DNA of 64,000 nt from Phyllobates terribilis (Eukaryota), in NCBI RefSeq assembly GCF_046119375.1, contig NW_027362771.1:131626001-131690000 (forward strand), written 5' to 3'. Both the position numbers and the translations under genes were made by a program. Positions 13,838 through 24,096 of the stretch are shown piece by piece. Within the stretch, counting starts at the first letter, position 1; every line of letters begins with the position of its first letter. Below the pieces are notes generated by a model that ran no database searches, was not told the DNA's origin, and saw only the letters and a list, made by a program, of their open reading frames with translations.

Positions 13838-13882
13838 TTTACAGAAACAATGTTTCGGGTTGTTGGCCCTCGTCAGTGCAAA
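13838..13882 (-). ncRNA. Minimal type I hammerhead ribozyme, copy B (core intact, stem III mismatch)
   Basis: - strand: UUUGCA CUGACGA GGGC caaca ACCC GAA ACA uug UUU C|UGUAAA. CUGANGA and GAAA are intact; UUC triplet; C.U mismatch in stem III. Confidence 0.8.
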
Positions 13883-13945
13883 GTATGAGAACTGATTTGG
13901 CTAGATGAGAGTCTCTGGACTGAGGTCTAAGGGGTAAAGTTTCTC

Positions 13946-14036
13946 CTTGTGGAGAGTGACACACCGACTCTGACATGTCAAGGTAAGGAGGCTTATTCAC
14001 CGTGCAATGCTCCACAGGGAAATTTAATATGCAAAT
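13946..14036 (-). promoter_or_regulatory. snRNA-type promoter-like module inside the hammerhead repeat unit
   Basis: Octamer ATGCAAAT at 14029-14036 (also 13699-13706). ACTCTCCACAAG (- strand, 13957-13946) resembles the Xenopus U1/U2 PSE as recalled (CTCTCCnnATG). A weak SPH/Staf-like element lies at 14003-14022. Confidence 0.5.
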
Positions 14037-14169
14037 TAACTCTTCAGAGAAAAAGAGGACTTGAATTCTATATTGCCACCTATTGGAAGTAGCAATCCTA
14101 CAAGTCACAATCAACCCTTTAACGAGTCGTGCAATATGACTTAGGATAAAAGCCAAATCAGAGTCTCAA

Positions 14170-14214
14170 TTTGCAGACACTGTGTTTTGGACTGTTGGCC
14201 CTCGTCAGTGCAAA
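14170..14214 (-). ncRNA. Minimal type I hammerhead ribozyme, copy A (G12A lesion)
   Basis: - strand: UUUGCA CUGACGA GGGC caaca GUCC AAA ACA cag UGU C|UGCAAA. Stem I 6 bp, stem II 4 bp, stem III 3 bp, GUC triplet; GAAA reads AAAA. Confidence 0.8.
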
Positions 14215-14310
14215 GTATGAGAACTGATTTAGCTAGATGAAAGGCTCTGGACTGAGGTCTAAAAGAGGCAATATCAATTTTTTTTAAAATAAAAAAATAA
14301 TTAATAAAAT

Positions 14311-14783
14311 ACAACCTGTCTCCTCCCTACATCTGTGACCTAGTCTCCCGGTACTTAAGTGCACGCAATCTCCGATCCTCACAAGATCTCCTTCTCTACT
14401 CCCCTCTTATCTCCTCTTCCCACAATCGCATACAAGATTTCTCCTGTGCATGCACCCTACTCTGGAACTCTCTACCCCAACGTATCAGACTCTCGCCTAC
14501 CGTGGAAACCTTCAAAAGGAACCTAAAGACCCACCTCTTCCGACAAGCCTACAACCTGCAGTAACCACCGCTCCACCATACCGCTGCACGACCAGCTCTA
14601 CCCTCACCTACTGTATCCTCACCCATCCCTTGTAGATTGTGAGCCCTCGCGGGCAGGGTCCTCTCTCCCCCTGTACCAGTCGGTGACTTGTTTTTGTTCA
14701 GACTGTTGTACTTGTTGTTTTCTATGTATACCCGTTTTTCACATGTAAAGCGCCATGGAATTAATGGCGCTATAATAATAAAA
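14311..14783 (+). mobile_element. 3' end of an L2-type LINE
   Basis: PPYI.DLVSRY..ARNLRSSQDLLL...LLWNSLPQRIRLSPTVETFKRNLKTHLFRQAYNLQ* (TAA 14562-14564), then a tail tgtaaagcgccatggaattaatggcgctataataataaa. Confidence 0.82.
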
Positions 14784-15603
14784 TATATAGGAGTGAAATA
14801 TAGAAATTGATATTAATAATGTGTTTAATTGGGATACATTTTGCAATGAGATCTAGATAAATAGTGTTGATTGTTTATGGTATATTTCTCCTTTAATGTA
14901 TATGATATATTGACATATTGTATAGATTGCACATATTTGGAGATGTTATATTCCTTATTTTTAATATTGTACCTTTAATATGGCTTGAGCAATAATATTA
15001 AATATTGTGTTAGTGAGTATATATATATACATATATTTGTTACCACATTGTGAGTTATTTTCATTATGATATGTAGCCTTTTCTTTTTCTTTTATTATGT
15101 CATTTCCGGGGATGTACCCTGTAAATTTTATGTTGTAATCATTAGTCCACAATTGACAAAAGTCTGGGATGGGCTAAAACGTTTTCGTATGTGGATCTTC
15201 ATTAAAGAGCATTAACCAACACGTGAGTACCGGGACTTTTTGCTTCCATGTGCTGCTGCTTTCCAGGTGCACCTCAACCTGTAGCATAGTGCCAACCTTT
15301 CTTGAAATTTAAACTATGGTAAGTACATTTATGACAGTGCTTTTCCTTGGACTAGAGGCAGTGCACAGTAAATTGTTAAAATGTGTCAGTAAACACTAAA
15401 TAAAGAAAAAATCATATTAAAATATCAACACTAATTTGTACAGTGTACAGTAATAACCTTGCAGAACATAATATGAGTTTTTCCTTTGTCACGTTTTAGA
15501 TCAAATGAAATTACTGCTGTATGTAGTTATTGATTACAGTTTGTCAGCAGTTTTATATCAGCTATGCATTTGATGTAGGAAATTTCTTTATACTATTGAT
15601 ATA

Positions 15604-15858
15604 TGAAGTGAAAAAACAGAGTGCGCTCCCATAAAAATAAAAACTTTTTATTTAACAAATAGTAGACGTTTCAGCTGCATTCAGCAGTTCTCAGATGTAA
15701 CACCTGAGGAAGGCTGTATGGAGCTGAAACACGTAGTGTTTTTTTTTTTTTTTTTAAAGTTTTTATCTATTACTTTTGTTTTATACACACTCATTGGATC
15801 AATTTTCCTCTTTCCATTGTGTTAAGAGCGCTCTCTATCTGTTTTTTTTTCACTTCAT
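15604..15858. mobile_element. Fold-back, Penelope-type terminal-repeat relic with two oppositely oriented hammerhead-like cores
   Basis: Ends are inverted (tgaagtgaaaaaacaga..gcgctc / gagcgc..tctgttttttttcacttca). Cores at 15665-15694 (-) and 15699-15740 (+). Confidence 0.55.
15699..15740 (+). ncRNA. Minimal type I hammerhead-like motif, near intact
   Basis: AACAC CUGAGGA a GGCU guaugg AGCU GAA AC ac GU A|GUGUU. Stem I 5 bp perfect, all core nucleotides present, GUA triplet, 2-bp stem III. Confidence 0.6.
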
Positions 15859-17321
15859 CTGCTTTTTGTGTTTACTTGTGTTATCTTTGTCTAATATTTA
15901 AATTTGTTTTGTGATCTGAAACACTTAAGTGTGACAAACATGCAAAAGAATAAGAAATCAGGAAGGGGCAAACACTTTTTCACACCAATGTGTTAGTACT
16001 ATTGATATATGTGATTTATTATGTTTATGATCTTTTTAATTTATATTCCTTAACATTCTCAGACACAGTTGCTGAGACAATGAGCAACAATTGCAATCTC
16101 ATTTTCGATCCCTGTGTAAGATTTCCAACCTTTCCCTTGTCTCCAGAGAATTGCTTGGAAGCTTGAAAACAATCAACGGTTAAACAATGAACCTGCATTC
16201 TTAAAGCGGGATTTCACCAAGTGCAAAGCTATGTGACACCAGATTTATGACTTATTTTCAATGTTGATAGCAACAAAAAAAACTTGCTAACACATAGAAT
16301 CTTGACATGAAGCCGAAAAGCAGTGGCTAATTAACAGATTTTGTGAATTTTAATTTCCTAATATAGAATGCTGCCATACTGATCCAGGTACTGACCGCCT
16401 AGATCCCCAAGGACAGGTTTATACTTTGGGCATCAGAGTTCATACATTTCATGATTATTAGTTGAGGCAAACATTGCTGGTTAGTCACGTGTACACCTTT
16501 AAAAACAAAGGAGGTGATCAGAGGTGACCTTATAAAATCTCAAAGGAAAAAAATGGACTCCCTCTCGGCTGCCTCCATTATATTATAAGGCGTTGTTATC
16601 TATATTACGGCTTGATGTGTTGTATATATCAAAATGGTAATTCAACATTTGAATCATTCAAAGTCGGAATGATGAGCGCAGATGTCAAAGAAAAATAAAA
16701 AAAAATACCATAGTGATTACATAAATATGTATTCTTCTAAATTCAGAATTTGTTCCTCTGTATGTATTTGTGTAAGCAAATAACATTATAACTTTACCAA
16801 CGTCATCAGCAAATTAATGCAAACATATAGACATTAAACTTTTCCATTAGGGCAATTTTTATTCATGGAAGAACAATACTGGGATCCAAAAAATTATTAC
16901 TTTTTTTCACATAAAGGAAAAGTGAAGGTAATAAACTAGGTAATTCAGATTATTAAAGCAAAAATGCCTATTGTACACCAAACTCTTGTTAACTGTTCGA
17001 ATACTCTGCACTCACTGAAAAACTGTCAACTATGAAGCTTGAGAGTTGACTGAGGAATCATATTGCAAGGAGCAGAGCTACAGCGAAAATGGTGAAAAAT
17101 TATTTTTACCCCCAAACTGTCAGTTCTGTATCTGTATCCTTAGGAGCCCAAGTAGTTGCCTTTTTTAGTGAAAAATGTTTGATGTCCAGGTGTGCCACAT
17201 TTAAATTACTCATTTGCAGTCAAGGAGATTGAGACGCTCAAGAGAAAAGTCAAACTGACCACACACTAATCCTTACCAGTTTGGCTTGATTGACATCCCT
17301 GAGGACACAGTATTGTAATCC

Positions 17322-17950
17322 TAAGGGCCCCGTCACACTAAGCGATGCAGCAGCGATCCCGACAACGATACGACCTGTCAGGGATCGTTGCTGCATCGCT
17401 AATACATCGCTGGTGAGCTGTCAAACAGGCAGGCTCACCAGCGATCAGGGGAGCAGCGATATCGTGGAAAGAATCGTTCCACGATGTCCTGCTCCCGTTA
17501 CCAGCCTGCTGCAAGCAGGAGCAGGCTGGTAACTATGGTAAACATCGGGTTACTAAGTGCGCGTGTGCCCCTAGTAACCCGATGTTTATCATGGATACCA
17601 CTCTGCTACGGTGTGCGGGAGCCTCCGTGCACCGTAGCAGAGTGGTATCCATGGTAAACAGCGGGTTACTAAGTGCGCGCGTGCCCCTAGTAACCCGATG
17701 TTTACCATAGTTACCAGCCAGATCGTTGGTCCCGCTGGTCACACACAGCGATGTGTGCTGGCCAGCGGGAGGCCAACGACCAAAAAATGGTCCAGGACAC
17801 TTTGCAACGATCAGCGACCTCACAGCAGGGGCCTGATCGTTGCAAAGTGTCACACACAGCGACATCGCTGGTGAGGTCGCTGGTGAGTCACCAAAACCGT
17901 GACTCAGCAGCGATATCGCTAGCGATATCGCTATGTGAGACGGGGGCTTA
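17322..17950. mobile_element. Palindromic Harbinger-type MITE with duplicated internal hairpins
   Basis: taagggccccgtcacac...gtgagacgggggcttaa; the hairpin cgggttactaag...tagtaacccg occurs twice. Confidence 0.82.
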
Positions 17951-18213
17951 AGCCTTGTCATCAGGGAGCTCAATGAAGCTAGATAGGGCAGGATTCGGAT
18001 GTGGTCATCTAGATTTGTACACGCTAACGTGTCTGTATACTGAAAAGGTTAATTGAGATGGAATAATGTAGTAGACTAGACTACTCCATACAGCGTTATC
18101 CAGTAAAAACATGTATACCACGCATTAGGTTTTATAACATGGTAGACTATATGTAATAGCTGCAAATATATGCATGAGCTTTTTATGAAATGTCTATTAA
18201 ACAATGTCATATA

Positions 18214-18456
18214 ATTTATTTATTAGACTCACTTATATAGAACCATCATATTTCACAGCGCTTTACAGACATCATCATCACTGTCTCCACTTGGGCACAC
18301 AATCTATTCCCTATCAGTATGTCTTTGGAGTGTGAAAGGAAACCCAAGCTAACACAAGAACATACAACCTCCTCGCAGATGGTGTCCTTGGAAGGATTTG
18401 AACCCAGGACCATGGCACTGCAAGGTTACAGTGCTAACCACTGAGCTACCATGCTG
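18214..18456 (-). mobile_element. tRNA-derived SINE with an L2-like tail
   Basis: Box A tagctcagtgg (18448-18438) and box B ggttcaaatcc (18404-18394); tail tgtaaagcgctgtgaaatatgatggttctatataa...aataaataa. Confidence 0.82.
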
Positions 18457-19248
18457 CACATAGCCTAGTTGTGAAATTCAGTCCCATTCAAGATATTAAG
18501 CAGCAGTTAAAGCACAGTCACCTGAATGGAAGAGCTATTGTAAACGTGTACCAGATGGGGTCAAACTCTCATCAATTAAACAGAAGGCAACTCATTCTCT
18601 AAAGCAGGCCTGCACAATATACTGCCCAAGGGTTTGTTGCACGCTATGACCTCATTACACTTCTGCTGGTGCCGGCAGGAGGAGCAGAAATGGCGGGCAC
18701 TGGTGAGAGCTGCATGGAGGAGCTGAGGATTAAATGTGCTATTATTTTAGATAAGGGGGCCATGGGAAGGGAGGGTTGTGTTACTACAAGGGCACATAAT
18801 GGGGCAATGGGGGACATTATGGGACAATTAGGAGAATTGTGAAAGGGGGCATAGTATGGCAAGGGACAGTGAAGGGTGGGGGACTTTATGCAGAGAGGCA
18901 GTATGGGGGAGATATGGAAAGGGTCAATTTGGAGTGATATTTTGGAGAGAGGTAGTAAGTGGGGGACATTATGGAAAGGGGCAGTGTTGGGGGAAAGTTT
19001 GGAGTGGGGTAGTGTGCTGAATATTATTGAGAGGTACAGTGTGGGGTGATATTTTGCAGAGGGTCAAATCTCGTCATGGCGTCTGTGCTATATGGAAACA
19101 AAAAGGGATTAGACAAAATATGTCACCTATAATGTACTTGGATGTAAATGCTTATTTGTGATACTGACTATATCCCATCAGAACTGTGGTTCCTGTATGG
19201 TCCACAGTCTGATGATGGCTGCTAACAACAACTCCCAGTATCTTCTTA

Positions 19249-19515
19249 CCATGTACTGATGGTGTTTCTGGTGCTGCATTCATGTACTGATGCTGATTAT
19301 GATGCTGCATTCATGTACTGACAGTGGTTTTGGCGCTGAATTCATGTATTGACAGTGTTTCTGGTGGTGCATTCAAGCACTGATGGTGTTTCTGGTGCTG
19401 CATTCATGCACTGACAGTTTTTCTAGCACAGCATTCATGTACTGAAATTGTTTATGGTACTGCATTCATGTACTGATGGTGGATCTGGCACCGCACTCAT
19501 GTGCTGATGATGGTT
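19249..19515. repeat. 31-bp minisatellite, about 8 copies (tgcattcatgtactgatggtgtttctggtgc)
   Basis: tgcattcatg recurs with period 31 (19275, 19306, ...). Confidence 0.9.
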
Positions 19516-19661
19516 CTGAACGTGTACACATGTAGCGGTCCATAACATGCTTTATGGCTGTATTAAAACTTTAAAATCCTCAAAACTTATAGATTTTAAA
19601 TTATGAGGAGGATTTGGCGAGTTTCTGCTCCAAAAACTCGGTTTCAATTAGTGTTTGTTTA

Positions 19662-22600
19662 TGTAAAGAGATGGACATATTGACCGGCTCCCCCTTGAAG
19701 ACATAAGTGCTGTGTATAATGTGATGTTTAATTTGAATAATGTCCTGTGCCTTGTGTACATTTTGTGTCATGTGAAGTGTAAGAGGTTTGCCTATGTAAT
19801 ATGATAATGTAAAGTATTATAGTGTATAGTGATGCGATGTATGAAAGACATAGGTTAGTACTTAGGACATAAGGTAGTGTTTGCATAGAATGTATGTGAA
19901 AGGGTACGTTTCCCCAGCAACAGACCTCAGGGTCAGGGAGAGAGTTAATGTTGGGATCAGCCCAAAGGGGGAGGGCTTAGTGCTAGGGCAAGGGACCAGC
20001 TTCCTGAAGTTAGTCAGATAGGAGTTAGAGTCTGAAGAAGTGACAAGTGTGAATTGCTGCCATTTGGGTGAAATACAGCAAAGGAGACGAAGGGACAATG
20101 AGGTAGCACGACGAGGAACTGACAGAAGAGACAGAGTGGCCTTCCACCTTAGAGGGGTCCTTGGATAGGACGACGGGTCAAGACAAACCCTGAGCTTGAT
20201 AAACTTCAAAGGTATGGACCTAAAGAGGACTGAGACTGTGGGACTAGTGAAGGTCCCGAGTGGTAGATGCAGGGCGTCCATAGCAATAGGACGCAGAACC
20301 GCTGAGCGGGTGTAGAGAAACTCGCTGAACAGTACAGATGCAAAAGGAGCCCCGACCAAGTGTTGAGTGCATTTACTTAACATACATTTCAGTAGGCCAA
20401 CATTTCGGATTTAAAATTTTTTTTTTAAGCTGGTGTTATAAAGTATTCTAATTTACTGAGATAATGACTTTTGTGTTTTCATTGGCTGTAAGCCATAATC
20501 ATCAACATTAACAGAAATAAACACTTGAAATAGATCACTCTGTTCGTAATGACTCTATTTAATATATAAGTTTCACTTTTTGTATTGAAGAACTGAAATA
20601 AATTAACTTTTTGATGATATTCTAATTTTGTGAGAGGCACCTGTACAATCAAGATGGTGACTGTCATGCTGTCTAAAATGGCGCCGAGCAAGGACTGCAA
20701 GATGGCAGTGAGTGAAGCGAAATGGACCCGGAAGTAAAAGAGCACGAAGTGGTGCCCAGCCCTTTAAGAGGTATGCCTACAGAAGGGAGTACCGGAACCG
20801 AGAGCGCCAGCCCATAGCGGGGAGTGTCCGTCGTCGCAGAGTGAGGTGGAAGGAAAAGATACACCTGCCTAGGAAGGTGTGGCCAGTGGAAATAGTTAAG
20901 AACATTCGAGGAAAAGGGATGGTGAGACTGGGTAGACTCCACCCAGTGAAAGGCGGAGAAATGATGGGCCTCAGGAGCCGGAAGAGACGACTCCATTCGA
21001 GAGATGTAAGCCATCGGGAGGACAGCAGCGTGAAGTAATGTCAGAGTGGCAACTGACGTTGCCCCAGTGTGAGTCAGTGGAGGAGAATGCTGACCGATGA
21101 CAAGTACCCCAGCTACTGGAGATGGCGAACAAAAAGGTGAGACCAGGTGGGCTAGGTGAAAAGGACCGAGGCCAAGCAAGAGACATGGACGGCGCCCTGG
21201 TTTGTGACCTGCGATGAGGCCAAGCGCCTGGAGACCCCACAGTCCCAGATGCCGGAGGTAAGCTCCAACCCGGGTGCATACCTCTTGCCACACAGACGAA
21301 GTTGATTGTGAGGGTGGTCCAGGCCCAGTTGGTTAGTTCCGATGGGGAAAGATGCCAGGGTCAGCTGTGGAGGTTGATGGCCCTCATGAGACAGGGGAAG
21401 AAGGATGACTTCATGGGGGGAGTGATCGCTTTCCTATCCAGTGGGACGCTGGTGCTGAGTGAGAAGGCGTCCTCCCGAGAGAAACCAGTTCCTGTCCCAA
21501 GTCATGCCGGGGTCAGGAGAGTTACAGGCCTGCAGCCTGAGGGTGAAGTGCAGCCAGGGGACCTAAGCATGAAGGCAGCTGCAGCATCCAAAATTGCAGC
21601 AGTGAGTGAAAAGGAGGCCCTGTAAGCTCAGTTTTGCCTGTTGCATGGAAAGAGAGCCACTAGAAGAACTGTTCTGCGTTTGAGAGGGCAGGAGGCCCTA
21701 AGTGTGCCAGGAACTCCCAGGTGTTGGCCAGCACGGTCAAAAGTTTTGTGTCTTTCCTCCCCTCCAAGTTTGTTTTATGTACGCTGCATACCCCCCTGCT
21801 GGATTGCGGGACTGTGAACTCTTAAAGGGCCAGAAAACCTTGTCTGTCCCTATGGACTGTGTTCCAGTACTACTGGAGCTGTTGCTATGTTTGCCAATTG
21901 GTCTGGGATTAAAAGAAACTTAAGACACGTGGTGTCAGTATCCTCAAACTGGAGAGACCAGAGTCATATGGACTCCTAGAGGCAAGTGGACAACCTGAAG
22001 GCAAATGAATGAATTGATGGGGCCCTGTTGTTGGCTCATGGGTCCTTGCAAAACCAGGGCCAATGTTAACCTGAAGAAATGTTGCCGGGTTAAAGAGACT
22101 TGGACAGTTGTAGATTCAGGGTACTAAACGAGTAGGATCGGTACTGTATCACTTCAGAAGAAATCAGGGAGAAGGCGTCATACTGGTTTTGTTTGTCCCA
22201 GAGAAGAAAAGGACGAAGACGTTATGTTGGTTAAAATGTTATGATATGTGTGGTATAGTACATTGGTGTCTTCCAGGTGTTCTGGATGGTCGAGGACAAC
22301 AATCACTAAAAAGGAGAGAAATGTAAGGAGATGGACATACTGACCTGCTCCCCCTTGAAGACATCAGTGCTGTGTAAAATGTGATGTGTAATCTGAATAA
22401 TATCCTGTGCCTTGTGTACAACTTGTGTCATGTGAAGTGCAAGATGTTTGCCTACGTAATGTGATAATGTAAAGTATTATAGTGTATAGTGATGTGATGC
22501 ATGAAAGACATAGGTTAGGACTTAGGACATAAGGTAGTGTCTGCATAGAATGTAGGTGAAATGGTACGTTTCCCCAGCAACAGACTGCAGGGTCAGGGAG

Positions 22601-24096
22601 AGAGTTAATGTTGAGATCAGCCCACAGGGGGAGGGCTTAGTGCTAGGGCAAGTGACCTGCTTCCTGAAGTTAGTCAGATAGGAGTTAGAGTCTGAAGAAG
22701 TGATAAGTGTGTAGCGCTGCCATTTGGGTGAATTACAGCAAAGGACACGAAGGGACAATGAGGTCCCATGACCAGGAACTGACAGAAGAGACAGAGTGGC
22801 CTTCCACCTAAAAGGGGACCTTGGATAGGACGACGTGTCACAACAAACCCTGAGCTTGATAAACGCCAAAGGTGCGGACCTAAAGAAGACTGAGACTGTA
22901 CGACTAGTGAGGGTCCCGAGTGGTAGATCCAGGGTGTCCATAGCGATGATGAAGTGACCGCGGGCAAGGCCGAGCGTTGATATCCATGATCTGGCCCAGC
23001 AAGATCCCCACACACAGACTCTATCTTGATAACCGTATCTTTAGTTGTATACATTTTTAACATAGCAGAACACAATAAATGACAACCGTAAATGTTAACA
23101 GCAATAACGTGTACTTATAAGCTGACCCTCACTGTCCCTACTCACACGTTACCAGTCCTTTACTCCAGAAGGATGTGTCCCCCGTCGCAGGCCTGTCTGT
23201 CTTTGCAGGAAGGCGTCCCAGCCGAAGAAAAAAAAACAGGAACAACAAATTTTGCTGAAAGGAAGGAATACTTCGGCCTCTCGCCAGAGGTCCCGCTTAC
23301 AGTCTCTCTGATCCGGATAGCAGCTCTTGTGGATTCCCTTGTGTAGTCCACACTCCAGTAGCGGGGAGTGTAACAGCTGAATCCTTCAGCAGTGCGGAAG
23401 CTGGGGAAAGCTCTGAGGAAAAGATGTCAGATAACAGCAGCCATGTTGAGAGTATCCTCTAAGGCACACACGAGGACCTGCACACCGTCCTGGTTCTTTT
23501 CACAGACTCTCTGTCTCTCCGCGCGCTTTTTCCTGCTTCTCACTCTGGTCACGTGACTCTCCAGGGCGGGACACAGGAGACTCAGTCTTTTTCTCTGTCA
23601 TCACACCCTGCGCAGGTGCAACCTCTGGCCACAAGGTGGCAACACCATCCTGCATAATCATTTCTGTCACAGGCTCTATCTCAATTATCACAGAACAGCC
23701 AGAGCCTGCCAGCTCACTACAATAGGACGCAGAGCTGCTGAATAGTACTGTGGCGACAAGCTAGGCTGTGATGAAGAAGGGCGAAACAGTGTGCTATATC
23801 GGCCCTGGAGTAGATTACACTGGAAGGAAACGATGTCAGTGAAAAGGCTTCCTGCTGTGAATGAAAAGTGTTTAAGACTGTGTACTCGCTATCCCTTGTA
23901 CATAACCCTCATCAAGTTCAGTAAAGTTCCCATGTTTGAACAGAAGTCTCCTTTACTAATCTGTGGAACTCGTGGTCCTGGCCAGCCAAGACCCTCACAA
24001 CACTAAAACCCAGCCAGGGCCCACAATTGTCTGTAACGTGCTAGGGTGTTGGACACATAGCATTCGCCTGCGGCTAAAAGCCTGGCTACCGTTACA
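19662..24096 (+). mobile_element. Non-autonomous LTR retroelement (5' LTR from 19662, 3' LTR 22322-24096, both disrupted)
   Basis: 19662-20285 matches 22322-22945. TG...CA ends (tgtaa.g / cgttaca); 4-bp TSD TTTA; polypurine tract aaaaaggagagaaa before 22322. The ~1.7-kb interior has no recognisable pol. A Tc1 right end at ~20383-20643 replaces the end of the 5' LTR. Confidence 0.8.

Larger units (their letters stand above)
13689..14274 (-). mobile_element. Hammerhead-bearing tandem retroelement (retrozyme / satellite-2-like), 1.7 units of ~331 nt
   Basis: 13701-13930 repeats at 14031-14262 (offset 330-332). The direct repeat aagaggcaatat flanks the element (13689-13700, 14263-14274). Each copy carries a hammerhead core. 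Confidence 0.75.

Noticed and set aside
16000-17300. AT-rich unique stretches as conserved enhancers (also ~8.9-9.7 kb and ~24.1-25.0 kb)
   Set aside because: Plausible in an intergenic region, but conservation cannot be judged without a multi-species alignment.
18394-18450. tRNA gene
   Set aside because: Boxes A and B are present, but the sequence continues into a SINE body and LINE-like tail, with no complete cloverleaf.
20673-21923. Overlapping 100-200-aa ORFs as gag or accessory genes
   Set aside because: I recognise no zinc knuckle, protease, RT or integrase motifs. GC-rich sequence yields chance ORFs on both strands.
23768-23795. Hammerhead-like GTGATGA...GAAAC in the LTR
   Set aside because: C3 is missing and there is no stem II or stem I pairing.
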